Notes: generated from the letters alone by a model not told the origin. Positions 1-12,063 are shown, numbered from the whole stretch's first letter. The stretch: 63,013 nucleotides of DNA, filler included, from Perkinsus chesapeaki ATCC PRA-425 (GCA_013115145.1; 8 parts of 8 records of this genome joined end to end with filler, not necessarily neighbours in it), one strand, 5' to 3'. Made by a program: numbers and translations.

Positions 1-564
1 TAAGATTTTGCGGCATAGTTGCTCTCAATGCTTTACCAAATGCCTCGTTAACTTGGTACGATACAGGCTTCATGACAGTGGTGGAAATACGAAGGAACAA
101 GAATCAGCACGAATAACAACAACGAATCATTGGTTAAGCGACAGTTGATCACTCCGACACAACAAACTTTATCCGCTAGAACATTTCACTTAAGTGATGG
201 TTACCATGCCATGGTAGCCTATATCTTCGATCATCTCGGTATGGCAAGTTGCCAGTGGCAACGACGGATCAGTATTCCGAGAATCACGAGCGCGCTACCG
301 CGCTCGAATTCCGCATCTTCTGCTTCGTTCGCCTCCCCGCGACCGCGCCGGTCGCACACTATGAATCTGTTCACTCAATAAATATAGTTCAAAGAGACAG
401 GGGTGTCCATCCAGCCTGGATTATCCAGGGGCAATAGGCTATTTCCAATAGCTGACGAAGGCAAAATGTTGTTACATCGGCCCATATGGACTCTCGTTCA
501 TATATTATTAATAAACGAGTTATTTTGTTCTTCTCAGAGCTTTTCACCAGTTCACTCAAGCTTA

Positions 565-1023
565 ATGTGCGTCTCCGCTTGGTTCTTCATGCTCTGCTTC
601 ATGGGCACTACCTCGGTTGCTGATGAAGACTTGGCCTGGGTTATGAAGGTCTTCGAGGAAGCACTCTATGGTACCACTCCTGCCTTCGGAAACTCCACCA
701 CGACCGTCACTAGTACCACTTCGCCGACCCCGACAAAGTCTATAGCCGAGCAGCTAGCTGAGATGACTTGGCCAACAGCTCCTTCTCCATGGGAGCAGGG
801 ATGGCAAGACATCCAGCTTGACCTGGAGCTGGCAACAACCGAGTCGATTCAGGAGCAGCTGGCGGCTATTACGATCCCGCTCGAAACACCCGGTATGGAA
901 AGCACAACCGCTCCTCCTACCGGGATGCTACGTGTCAAATACCCCTCAAATAACTCGAGGGGTATTGTTGGTGGTTGGCTGCTCATGGCAGTGGTGGGGC
1001 TGGCCTATCTAACCCAGCTTTGA
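565..1023 (+). CDS. Secreted Ser/Thr/Pro-rich surface protein, probable GPI or C-terminal anchor
   Basis: ATG at 565 follows a pyrimidine-AG acceptor (ttttcaccag). Hydrophobic N-terminus MCVSAWFFMLCFMGTTSVA, T/P-rich middle, hydrophobic tail GIVGGWLLMAVVGLAYLTQL. A paralog lies immediately downstream. Confidence 0.6.
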   Translation: MCVSAWFFMLCFMGTTSVADEDLAWVMKVFEEALYGTTPAFGNSTTTVTSTTSPTPTKSIAEQLAEMTWPTAPSPWEQGWQDIQLDLELATTESIQEQLAAITIPLETPGMESTTAPPTGMLRVKYPSNNSRGIVGGWLLMAVVGLAYLTQL

Positions 1024-1049
1024 GCTCAGCTGCGGGGCAGTGCTGGAAG

Positions 1050-1075
1050 CCCGACAAGCCCACGCGGCTGTCGGG
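1050..1075 (+). other. 3' stem-loop, copy 1 (CCCGAC-A-AGCC-CACGC-GGCT-GTCGGG)
   Basis: Perfect 6+4 bp hairpin with an A bulge, 26 nt after the stop; a homologous copy is at 1903-1928. Confidence 0.55.
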
Positions 1076-1523
1076 ATTAATTAATTTATGATGATTGTTA
1101 TTATTTGCACCATAAGCTGTATATAGCGCGATTGCAAAGAATTGTGTAGTTGTTGAGTTATTGAGTAGCCGGGGTACCTGAGCTCAGGAGTACTCCAGTC
1201 CACACATGAAAAGTTGCTATCAAGACTTTAGAATGATTCTCACATTGGATGTGACACTCATCGCGACGCGATGGGTGGATAACGGTGCCACGGCAAAGCC
1301 GTGCGCCTTGATGGTTACACGGAGCCGCCGCCACTAACGGTTGCGAGGCCAGCGACGGCGGGCGTGAGAACGCCTATGGCGTTGTGTTCAACTGTGACCA
1401 ACGACGTGTGCACCGACGAAAACGGCAACCGTGACGCAGTCTCGGCTCGCGGTTTCACGATTGCAGCCGTGGACGGTACCAGTACCATAGTGATTTTTTT
1501 CAGCATTCTATCACCGATTCTCA

Positions 1524-1910
1524 ATGTTCATCGTGATGTGGTTACATATCCTACGTGCGGGCTGCTACTAACCTATTCGACGATGTTACAACTGGCCGCA
1601 ATTGGACATCAATTGCAACAGGGAATTTCGGTACGAGTGCCGCCACTGTTACGAGTCGTAAAATACGACTACCCCCTTGGCCGGCCTATCGACGTCCACC
1701 AAGTCGTTTGCCGAAAGGTTTGCTCCGTTGACCTTGTATCCTGCTATCGATTCGCTAGAGCAGACGGTGGAGGGGGAACTCAATCCAACTGCTCCTCCCA
1801 CAGGAAACTAGAGAGTAAAAGACTCAACCAATAATTGTAGGATACTCTCAAGTAGCTGGCTATTCTTGGCAGTGACGGTGGTCCTTGAAGTAACAGCCTA
1901 TACCCGGTAA
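1524..1910 (+). pseudogene. Disrupted paralog of the 565-1023 surface protein
   Basis: Segments GNFGTSAATVTS, STSTKSFAERFA, PTAPPTGN*RVKDSTNNCRILSSSWLFLAV align to FGNSTTTVTS, PTPTKSIAEQLA, TTAPPTGMLRVKYPSNNSRGIVGGWLLMAV. They lie in different frames, with an in-frame TAG at 1809. Confidence 0.55.
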
Positions 1911-1928
1911 GCCCACGTGACTGCCGGG
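1903..1928 (+). other. 3' stem-loop, copy 2 (CCCGGT-A-AGCC-CACGT-GACT-GCCGGG)
   Basis: Same geometry as 1050-1075, with one compensatory pair change, one G-U substitution and one inner mismatch. Confidence 0.55.
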
Positions 1929-2552
1929 ATGGGACCACAATTAAAATGTGATGAACATCTCTATCATTTTGTATTATTTGGGCTGTATTTACAATAAAGT
2001 TATTGCGAGCTTTGTGAGGAATTGTAGTGCCTGAAGACTATACTCTGTACTGTAGTCATGTCAGCGCTTTGTCACCATACTGCCTTCCCCCTGCTAGTAG
2101 GAAACTGCGGCCTCAAATTGAGGCCCTCAATCGTGTTTGGTTTGAACATAACTTTAAGTTTTACCCATTCCGACTAATAAAAGAACAGCTGAACGGCCCG
2201 TGGGTCGTAGCTCGTGTAGCCCCCGTAGCCCCCCAAGGCGGGCAGCTGCCCGGTAGCAGTCTCGCAGAAAAAACAAGCATATAACTACAACATCACCGAC
2301 TCCTCTTTCTCATGCATTACCTCTCCTCGTTCCAGATTGGAACCTACGTAAGCGTCAATAGCCTGGTCGTTGGATGGGCAACGGATGCGGTCAAGACTGA
2401 ATACCATGCATAGCGGTGATTGAGAAGTGTAAAGAAAGAGCTGGAAATTAAGTTACGCAACGTAACCATATCTCACTCAGCGATAGGAGAAATTCTGGAA
2501 ACTCAGTTTGGTCTGTGAGGCAGTGCTAGTATAGCATTGGTAAAGGCTTTAT

Positions 2553-3568
2553 CTAATTGCTCCTCTTCAAAACATCGTCAATCTGGGAAGCCCATTTCTG
2601 GGACCCATCCTTCTGAATAAACGGTATCTGCAAACAGAGCTCCACACACTCATACTGCATGCATCATTTCATGTATGCCATACGTGTGCTTCATACATAC
2701 GTGCAAACTCAGAAACGCCCACCGGATCGCGATCGACTCCTGAAGCTCGCCACGGGCATTACCTGGTCCATATAGCACTTCTCGATAAGCTTCATTTTAT
2801 CGATGTACTTAGAATCCTCCATCTCTTGCCAGTCAGCAGCTGTCTTGTCATTGCCCATGCAGCTAAACAACAGAAAATTGTTAAGCTACACAAAATTACT
2901 CCTGGGGCTTCATTGAAGTCACTTCAAGCGCATGGAATTTTTTAGGCCCGTATCTACCCTGGCCCGATCCTACTTTTCCATACACGTCCCAACCCTCTTC
3001 ATAACATCCTCACCAAATGCGGTGGCCAACTCAGTAACCTCTGAAAGATCTTTCTGGACTCCCTCAATGCATCTACGATACAGCAAAGATACTTTACAAA
3101 TCGACACTAAGATGCCAACCTATCAGCAACATCGGGATCACCATTGCAGTTGTCAATGCAATCAATTCCACCTTGGAAGGTTCTCCGTCTCAACTGAAGT
3201 GAGAGAGCATCGATTCCCTTTGCACCATGCCCAATGTCATATCTCAAGTCGCCGAGTAGTGAACCCAATTCCAGCCGACTTGTACGGCATTACCATGATC
3301 GATTTTACGCCCCCCTTTTTTAGTACCGCAAGAGTCTTCTTGGACATCTGCGCTCCCACTTTGTCGATTTCATCCATCATTTTAACCCTGGCCAGCAGAA
3401 CCCCTCGCATTGCCTGCTCTCGAGGAGTGTGTTCTACCTGATATTCATATGCGAGTCTTCCCATCACGATAAAGATGGCATAGCTGACCGGGAGCTTATC
3501 CGCGTCGTTATTACCTCCTTCACTGGGGCTTCCTCAGTAGTCTTAGATGATGATGAAAACCATGTCAT
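2553..3568 (-). CDS. Multi-exon helical Cys-pair protein, FAM136A/DUF842-like
   Basis: Hand-spliced GT-AG exons give MTWFSSSSK...RRRTFQGGIDCIDNC...ADRCIEG...KRVGTCMENCMGNDK...LIEKCYMDQ...RSN*. The CX3C spacing resembles FAM136A; the family call is tentative. Confidence 0.4.
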
Positions 3569-4750
3569 AACTGGGACACTATGGAAAACTACTGAAACTG
3601 GAAATGGTCAGATTGACTTCTCCTAAAATTGAAGAGCGCTAAGTATTGAATTAAACATGGGATAGTCGCTCTTAGGAGCGCTGTTGAAAGTCGGAAGAGG
3701 TCTATCCTATTGAGCATCCCCTCTTCAGATAGGAATCAGAATCGGTGCATTCTTGAGATCTTGGCTTGACTTGTATTTCCTCAACGAAAACGCGCCGTCC
3801 GGCGAAAAAGAAGTTTGGAAGGGAAGATGTTTGACGGATCGATGTCAGAGTGCTATTCCCATCCGCGTCACTGGACGAATATGAGCGGCACAACTCTAAG
3901 AACCCCTATTGAACACTTAATATTGTGTCCCGCAACTTAGAGATTGTACTGGACATAATTCTCCCTAAATGATGCCTTCGTAGGGGGGCCGACAGAGATG
4001 TGCGTATGAAATCAGATAATTTTCTGTGAGGTGCACCCTTCCGAGGCGTGTGCATGAATGCCCCACTGGAGTTTTGTCCACTGTACCATTATAATAATGG
4101 CATTATTGTGTTGGCAATTGGTCAAATCGCATAAACCACATAATGTGCCCAACTTAGAGAGAGTAAGTCAACGAATGCGTTTTTCTTGCGTTCCGGATGC
4201 GTTATTTAACGTGAACACATCCAATACGCCCCATACTATATCATTAAAAGGTATTGAAGTATGTTGGAAAAATATATAAAACAACAGCATATAATAGTTC
4301 GTCCATTAATATTACTGTGCCGAAAGAATCAACTATCTTAATAATATATAATTCGTATTATATACGGGGAACTTTGCTGATCGATTCGTTTGAGCCTTAC
4401 CTGAAGTATTCATATATCGTCCTATACCGTACACCGGTTTGTAAATTCCAAAGTGTACTTTTCCTTATTGTAGTACACAGTATTATAGAGTTATATAAAA
4501 TTGCTACATTAATGCCATTAGATATGATACAGACTTCCACTGGTAAGGATTCAAATCAATTCCGTCGGGGGTGTAGAAATACGAAAAATTAGGCAAAATT
4601 CCCTAAATCTTTGCAACTTGTATATATCTTAAGCACTTAGTTGAGAAAAGCCTAAAAGCACCTTTTTGGAAAAGTTGTGACCTTTTTATCAAGTTGCATC
4701 TTCACTAAATTCAATGCTTACCTGTCTCAGAAGTTGCTGAACTAAATTCC

Positions 4751-5995
4751 ATGTCTAAGTCCCACGGGCTGCACTTGGAGTCACTGCCACCAGAGATCCT
4801 TCTCGACGGCGTATTCCCCTACCTTTCGGCGTTCCCAACAATCATGCAACTTCGACAAGTCTGTCGTCGCTTCAAATTCCTCATATCCACCTCGGCGCGC
4901 TCGTTCCGTCATCTTGACCTTTCCTCGGGGCTCCGACCCTCAAAGGTATTCCTTAACCTTGTGGGTCCTTACGTTAACAGCATCCACCTAGTCACACCAG
5001 CGTATCTGTTGCTCAAGAACCTTCCACGACTCCACTATCTGGAGCTCACGCATCTTTCGCTGCCTCCCGACACCTACGAGCGCTACAAGCAAGCTTTTGC
5101 AGCCTTGTCTTTACCATCTGTGAGACACTTTCGTTGTCGAAGTCGCACGAAAACAACATCAGATGAGATCGCTGCAATGCTGAGGGTTCTGCCAGGGCTG
5201 GTTAGTGTCAACCTGGCCTTGCGCATCACAGAGTGGCACGAGGCAGCTGGGGAGTGCTTCAATAGACCATGGAAGAAGCTTGTGATAAGAATACGACTTT
5301 GCCCTGCCGGAGATGCATCCGCCAGTCTGTCGAAATCTGTATGCAGCGCGGTCATTACCTCGAGAGACACCTTGGAGGACTTCCGGTATGATTTTTCTTT
5401 CTGCTCCATAAGAGACTACTACCGTATCGTGGCCGAATTGCGGGCCTCGACGGTGATAAGAAGACTGGCTCTCACCGGCTTGCAGTGGCCCCATTACGTG
5501 CCACTGCTAGACGCCATCGCACAACTAAAAACATTACGGCGATTATCGCTAGTCGTACCGGGCATGATATTGCCCGCCTTCTGGGCATCGCTCAATAATA
5601 GCGCATCCCAGCTGAGCACGCTCCGCATTGAAGGCGGCGTGAACATTGGGCATTTCCTGGGATGCCACGCTCTCCTGCAGAGGCTCAGGGTTCTCAAGAT
5701 CTCCGGGATAACAGACGTCAAGGACCCTCGGACAATCTTGGACTTCGCTCTGGCGACTGGCAAGCTTCGAAGGCTCGAACTCATAATCGGTGACACTAGC
5801 AAGATGGACTCCGACGTGCGATCGGCACTGCTGTGCCTGTATTGGTATTGGCATGTATGTCATGAAACCTGGGAGGGGATATTCCCACTACACAGTGTGA
5901 GCGAGGAGGCCTTCGAAACAGTCCGAGAAAAGAGCATTGCTCAAGGATGGGGCCGTGGCACTTGGTTAGTGTCGAAGGGCGAATTAAGTTCTTAG
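4751..5995 (+). CDS. F-box / leucine-rich-repeat protein 1
   Basis: N-terminal F-box LESLPPEILLDGVFPYL...LRQVCRRF followed by LxxLxL repeats; single 414-aa ORF. Confidence 0.85.
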   Translation: MSKSHGLHLESLPPEILLDGVFPYLSAFPTIMQLRQVCRRFKFLISTSARSFRHLDLSSGLRPSKVFLNLVGPYVNSIHLVTPAYLLLKNLPRLHYLELTHLSLPPDTYERYKQAFAALSLPSVRHFRCRSRTKTTSDEIAAMLRVLPGLVSVNLALRITEWHEAAGECFNRPWKKLVIRIRLCPAGDASASLSKSVCSAVITSRDTLEDFRYDFSFCSIRDYYRIVAELRASTVIRRLALTGLQWPHYVPLLDAIAQLKTLRRLSLVVPGMILPAFWASLNNSASQLSTLRIEGGVNIGHFLGCHALLQRLRVLKISGITDVKDPRTILDFALATGKLRRLELIIGDTSKMDSDVRSALLCLYWYWHVCHETWEGIFPLHSVSEEAFETVREKSIAQGWGRGTWLVSKGELSS

Positions 5996-6032
5996 TTCAG
6001 TAGTGATTTGTGAGGTACATTTAATAGTGCCA

Positions 6033-6424
6033 TTAGAATTTATTCCACAGCATGTCGCGATCAGTGTAGTTTCTAGAGGTGTACTTTACAGGCTTGAGTT
6101 GGGCAGTAGTTGATATGGGCTCACAGTATTCAGTAAACACGCACATCAAGTGTGGCCACCGAACGAATCGATAAGCTGCAAGATGTCCAGTTCTGAATTC
6201 ATAATAGGGATCCCCCGCATTCGCTTTGCTCCAATAGAATGAATGATTCATCTGGATGTCTCGAACCCATATGCTTACTTTGTATCGATTCTGCTCTTGG
6301 TTTTATCGCCTTCTGGTACGACTTGCCATATGGCTGACAACGCACACCTTTCGGGTCCCCATCTACTTGGTAACGGACATTCTTTTAGTTCATGAACTTC
6401 CAGAAGGGTTGAGCTGCAGAACAT
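6033..6424 (-). CDS. Possible small spliced gene between the F-box paralogs
   Basis: ORF 6275-6526 splices in frame (gtaagc...ggag, 50 nt) to ORF 6033-6251, giving ...SRIDTNKANAGDPYYEFRTGHLAAYRFVRWP... The start is uncertain. Confidence 0.3.
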
Positions 6425-7667
6425 GGATGTCCCCTCCACCGCTAAGCATCGGTCGGCAACGTTACTGGATTTGCCTGAGGAGCTCCTCCTCAACAACATG
6501 ATGGTGTTTCTGCCGACTATCCCCACCTTGCTTCAGCTCCAGCGGGTATGCACTAAACTAATGCATTTGATAAGATCTTCCCCATCAGTTATAAGATATG
6601 TCGATCTCACCAATGTGCCCAGAACCTACGCGAACACCTTGACCTACCTAATCTTGCTGGGCAACAGCGCGCCATCACCAACCGAGAGTCTTGGCCGTCT
6701 GGTGCCAGGAAGGCTTTGTGGTTTTACTGAGACCCGGTCTCTCACACTACCGGATTTGAACCTTCTCATCGACCCACCTTTCATCGGTCCGATATCTCTC
6801 CAGTGCCTCAAGTGCCGCAGCTACGCGATGACCTCATGGACGGCCATAGAGGTTCTACTTGCAGGACTATCGCAGCTTACCGCGTTGGATCTAGCAATTC
6901 AGGTCAGCAGCGGGCCACCTAATCCGAATTGGCTTTCAAGACATTGGCAACGCTTGGCAATTCGGATAAGAATTTATCCAGGTTGGGCTGTTTCCTATGG
7001 TGACCTTGTCGAGAGCGTCACGCGGGCTGTGACGTGCTCCCAGGGAACGCTGAAGGACTTTAGGTTTTATGGAAGATGCACCGACCAAGAACTCAAACGT
7101 CTGGTCTGCGCTCTTGGTGCATGCAAGCGACTAACACAAATCGGCCTGTCGGACATTCGGGCAGTCGAAGCTGGTTCAATACTTCCCCTGCTCGGTGACG
7201 TGAGACAATTGAAGCACCTTTCCCTGGCGGGCTCATGTGGAGTCGGTCACGAGATATTTGCTGGGTTATGCCGTACCAATTTGATCTACCTCAATCTGAA
7301 GGGTACCAAAAGAGTTGATCTGCAAGACCTACTTGGTTGCGACCCTCTGATGGCTTCCTTATCGATACTCAAACTGCCCGCCGTGAAGACTAAGGCGTTG
7401 ACTGCGTTACTTAACCTCCTAGAGAAGTGTCGTAACTTACGGCGACTTGAAATCGAGCCAGTGGCCACCGGTGACGAGAGTATTCGTGTCGCGATGCTTC
7501 TAGTGAACAGCTTCACGCTTTTTCATCCAGAAAGGCACCTTATTAAAGTCGACCCTGATGTCTTTGTAACAGCTGATGCTTACGAGCATGCCAGGGAAGT
7601 GAGCCTCACTGAGGGGTGGGGCCGGGGCACTTGGGTAGACCGAAGCCCATGGCCGCCAAAGAGTTGA
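6423..7667 (+). CDS. F-box / leucine-rich-repeat protein 2
   Basis: F-box LLDLPEELLLNNMMVFL...LQRVCTKL plus LRRs; 414 aa; shares the C-terminal GWGRGTW with paralog 1. Confidence 0.85.
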   Translation: MDVPSTAKHRSATLLDLPEELLLNNMMVFLPTIPTLLQLQRVCTKLMHLIRSSPSVIRYVDLTNVPRTYANTLTYLILLGNSAPSPTESLGRLVPGRLCGFTETRSLTLPDLNLLIDPPFIGPISLQCLKCRSYAMTSWTAIEVLLAGLSQLTALDLAIQVSSGPPNPNWLSRHWQRLAIRIRIYPGWAVSYGDLVESVTRAVTCSQGTLKDFRFYGRCTDQELKRLVCALGACKRLTQIGLSDIRAVEAGSILPLLGDVRQLKHLSLAGSCGVGHEIFAGLCRTNLIYLNLKGTKRVDLQDLLGCDPLMASLSILKLPAVKTKALTALLNLLEKCRNLRRLEIEPVATGDESIRVAMLLVNSFTLFHPERHLIKVDPDVFVTADAYEHAREVSLTEGWGRGTWVDRSPWPPKS

Positions 7668-8052
7668 GGCCGATAAAAGTAGATTGGACGGATAGTTGGT
7701 TCCTAGCAACTACAGCAGAGCTCTCGGTTGACTTGTAAGTGAGGTCCCTTGACAACTTCGTTGGACTACCCAACGTTTGGGCTCACTTCGTCTGTATTGA
7801 ACGGCTACAGTACCAAATCACTGCAAGCATTTGATGAATTATATATGCTGGAATCAAAGCTGTGAAATGTATCCGGTTGAGCGAAGGATGTTGTGTTTCG
7901 GTGTATCGAAGTATTACTCTATGAATGGTTCCGCGGGATTTCATTCGAGCACTTCACTTTTGCACCACCCTTCTGAATACTCCTGAGGAACCTACATTTC
8001 CCTAGAGCTTCTGGGGGCCCCACTCATCAGTTTTGCCGATAGCTTACACTAA

Positions 8053-10722
8053 ATGGGATTGTTTGATGCTCTTCTGCGTTGGCGCGAGTTAGCCACTCCA
8101 GAGCTGCTAAGAGAGTCTCAACGTGCGATGTTGACCCGCTTAGTTGTACGCGACTGCTATTGTGCTCTACTGGCATCAATCCTTCTTCCTTTTGCATCGC
8201 TGTGCACACACATATATACTCGGCCAGAATTACAGGGTTCTCCAGTTCGTTATGCAAATTAGAAAATCCTTGTTATCTTCCAGTGTTAAGATGCCAACAT
8301 TGGAAGATGCATGTATTTTCACCAGGCGGACCCAATGAGATATCGATCAACCGTTTCATCGTCGACCATCTCTCCGGGCTTGATACGAAGTATCTTCAGC
8401 TTCATTAGATTCGAGCCTTACTGGAATCCCGCCGATTTCCTGACATAATAGCCACCAGGAATCCCGTATGATACGGCTCGTATCGTATATCATTTTCGAG
8501 TGTCACCACACAGCAAACAGTCATTGTGTTGCAGGCGACCGAGGCCGTTTCGAAAACGTTCACTACATCAGATGGTCATTCGATAAACTTCGTTGAGACG
8601 GGATGTTGTGCCTCGCAGAAACAAGAGAAAATGGTGAGCCTGAACCAGAGGGACTGCTGCCGCTGCTCGTAGGTATCAGCCTATACAGGTGCTATGTCAT
8701 GGTTGGGGGTCAGGCCTGGCCTTCTTCTTCGAGAACATTGACAGCCTTGCAGCGAAATACCAACTGTAGGGGAGTCTCATGAATCTGGTTGCGATCCTGC
8801 ACACCAATTCGTTGGGGTGGTGTAGAACAACCGTCAGTCACCTTTGGGACACCTCTCTTAGCGCCAGATGACAAGTTGGCGTCAAACTGCAGTAAGACGT
8901 ATGCAAGTTCAGATCATATTGAGTCATTTTTTGGAAAATAAAATCTGCCGCAGATGTAGATTCACGCATTACACATAGATGGGCTGCTATAGACTTGAAT
9001 CATCCTTGCTATTGCACATGCACCGCAGTTGGCCGAACTGGATGATGAACTCGAGTACTCTATCAGATACCTGCCTGATTGGCTCGGCATGGGTGGCTCG
9101 AGTCGGCCTTCCTGCCCTAAAGCTCCTCGCGTTTCGACGCTCAAGTCGCTCTTCGGTGGTCCTGGTAATCCGTTGCAGGTTGGAGCTTCATCTACTTTTC
9201 AGAGGATTCGATAACCAAAGGAGAGAGATTGCAGACACCGGAGATCGACTTCTTTTTGGTGGCATTCTTAGAGTGGCTTGATCACATAACGATTGATGAG
9301 GAGCCAGTTGTATTGGTTGGCCACTCTTTGGGAGGCTATCTGGCAACCTGGTGAGAAATCCTTACAGCTCCTGAGTTTCGTACTTGATATTTATCATTAT
9401 ATCCCAAACTGTTAAGTACCCTCTATCGTGGCATAATACGCTTGGTTACCAAGCCTTGGTAGATGTTACCAGTGAGAACGAATTCGACGTATCTCCGTTC
9501 GCTATCTTGTGCCATACCCCATCATGATTCATGACCCTATCCGAATCTTAAGCAGCCTATCTTCATAAAGCAGTCAGCGTTATGACAATCCTACGAGGGA
9601 ACCCTTCCGGTACCTCCAAACGAAGTAGGCTTGACCGTTGCAGTTAAACTGCATCTTGAACGTTGGCTTAACTATGAGTCCGCTACTTCTCTTTTCCTAT
9701 CATTCCCTCAAGCATCCAATCTGGCAGTTCCACGATTATGTCTGTTCAGTTTCGCTATTCGCTATCCCCACCGTGTCTCCCGGCTTGTGCTGCTGTCTCC
9801 TATCGGTCTACCGGTAGCCCCACCAAAGCAGTTGCACAGAAGGCCCAGTGACCTTCCGAAAATGCTTCGGCTGGTGGATGCAGTATGGAACTGGAACTTA
9901 ACTCCACAGCGCATTGTAGCACGCATGTGGCGCTGAAATTCCGTAGCTTTCTCTGTGTTGTGAGCAGCTACGTCTGAGTGGCGGTTGGGGGCGCGACCGA
10001 GTCAAAGTGGTCGTCGAGCGTCGTTTCGAAGCCTCTCGCTCTGGCCGCTGGGGAGATTTGGAGAAAGGACTTATCGCTGAGTATCTGTAAGTAACTTCAA
10101 GCTTGACGATATGGGTCTAAAACTCATCCCAGAATCGCGGAAAAGATTCCATCGCAGGTCCGATTAACTTTTTTTCTATTTCAACGCCATAGGATATCTC
10201 CTCTCGATTGACTAGTTTCCAAAGCGATTTGGATATCAACAATTGCCCCAGGCTGGCTGCTGCCTTTCAGGTACCAGATTAGTGCGGCCCCTGGGTCAGG
10301 GGAGTACGCCATGAACTCCCTCCTTCACCCGGTCGCATGGGAAGGCATCGGTGGTGACCGTCTTGGGCACATATATGCCCGAATACCCCTCCAGTAGGCA
10401 TGAGCGGATAGTTGCACTGCTCCTCTTATGGCTTTAGTTTCTCTATGAAGAACCGACTCAGCGTGCCCACCCTTGTCCTGTTCGGAGATAACGATTGGGT
10501 TTGTACCGAGGATACTCTATTCTACTTGAGGCGAGTCACCGAGGTGAACTCTCGTGTAAGTGATGCTAGCCAACGCTTAGGAAATGGAGCGTTCAGGTGA
10601 AGCTAAAGATTATCTCATCGTCGGGTCACCATCTATATCTTGACAACTCAGTTGAAGTGAACTCGGTCATCCTTAGCTGGCTTGCAACGTACCCCGAGAT
10701 GAGCCATCCGTCCGATATCTGA
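8053..10722 (+). CDS. Alpha/beta hydrolase, ABHD4/ABHD5/Cld1-like (multi-exon)
   Basis: Exons carry DWLGMGGSSRP, VLVGHSLGGYLA (nucleophile elbow), YPHRVSRLVLLSP, GSGEYAM, PTLVLFGDNDWV and SGHHLYLDN. Exon boundaries are approximate. Confidence 0.8.
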
Positions 10723-11190
10723 TATCAAAATGATAGAATCGGATGAGGCGGTGACTCGACAGAACATATAGCAATGCTATAATACCATTTTACACTAGTA
10801 GTGTCACACTACTTCCAGTTTCATGCTTCGCTCTTCTCATATTTTATTTCACTTGAAGCTGTGATACTGTGTTCGATATACAAGTGAACGAAGTGCGCGA
10901 GGAACGCTTCAAGTGTTCCCGCCACAGGCGAGAACTGCTCGGCTTTAATCGTGGATAACCTGTAGAACATGCAAGAAGAGTGGGACACCATAACACATGG
11001 AATGCTAGATACAGTTTCCCCTCAGAAATCGTCCGATAATTACTGCAGTATCTGACTGAGTTTGATAGGTAAGTGCTAAATGGCGATACTAGCGCCGCGA
11101 TGCAATAGTGAACACTAGGTCTTCGTGACGAAGTGGCGGAGCTCGTTCGGCTGTTATTTTGCTCGTCGTCATCACACGCGTAGTGCTTTG

Positions 11191-11271
11191 GAGGTGCGAG
11201 CGAGTGATCAAATCGCGCGGAAACGATTTAGAGAATAAGTCGTGGGTTCGAATCCCACAGGCCGCATTTTT
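11191..11271 (+). pseudogene. tRNA-derived element (degenerate tRNA or SINE-like head)
   Basis: Perfect T-arm GTGGG-TTCGAAT-CCCAC, D-arm GCGA-GTGATCAAA-TCGC and a TTTTT after it. The anticodon and acceptor stems do not pair. Confidence 0.4.
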
Positions 11272-11420
11272 CCGTCAAGTAATGTTTTTGCGCTTTCACT
11301 CGACACGCGGGGTAGTTTTCAAAAAGTTACAAATTTTCTAGGCATCCCCAGAGGAAGGGGAGTCTTTTCGTCCATAGATCATCAGCTCGTTCGCTCTGGT
11401 TAACGAGAAATAATTCGTAC

Positions 11421-11448
11421 GCACGCACGCACGCACGCACGCACGCAC
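11421..11448. repeat. (GCAC)7 microsatellite
   Basis: Directly visible. Confidence 0.9.
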
Positions 11449-12063
11449 GGCGAAATGATCCATTTCCAGATAATAAGCTCCGCTCGCTCCGCAATACTGG
11501 TAAATCCATTCACTTTGTACAAAACTAGTATCCGTCCAAAGTACCACTGAGACATGAGAAAAGCTGGTACATCATCCAGGGCAGTCGCAGACTGCGACTC
11601 ACAATCAATTCATATCCGCCAGATTGTTATCAAACTTTAATAATACAGACCGAGCTCCAACCAATCGAACTACTCGAATTGCAGACACGAACACGCAATT
11701 CGACACTATACACCTTATAGGGCTCGAATCCCTCGCAGGACACCTCCCAGGTACTTTAAGTCGGACTTCTTGTGATTGACAAACACAACAGCGCCAAGGA
11801 GAGATGCTACTTTGATCTGACAGCAACGGAAACAAGCGCTAGACTGGTAGCAGCAGAGAACAAGGCAGACTATGCACGGATATAGTGGAGCCTTGAGTAT
11901 GCTGACGTTGTTTCATGAGACCACTTCCGCATACTTGAGAAGATCGCACTAAAGGAGTAACTGACGCCCAAGGTCAAATACAGAGAATGGTGCAATGTTA
12001 GAAGGACTAAAGTGCAGGGATCGATTTCACAGCCTTCTAACCATAGTGTCATCCCCTTCGACT

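Noticed and set aside
1021-1075. SECIS with Sec readthrough of TGA, or an iron-responsive element
   Set aside because: No AUGA/GA quartet or apical AA. The loop is CACGY with an A bulge, not CAGUGN with a C bulge, and readthrough would give only a short nonsense tail.
5083-7709. Antisense ORFs within the F-box genes
   Set aside because: Codon-shadow ORFs without recognisable features.
11191-11266. Functional tRNA, or the primer for the LTR element
   Set aside because: Acceptor and anticodon stems do not pair, and its 3' end (CCCACAGGCCGCA) does not match the PBS.
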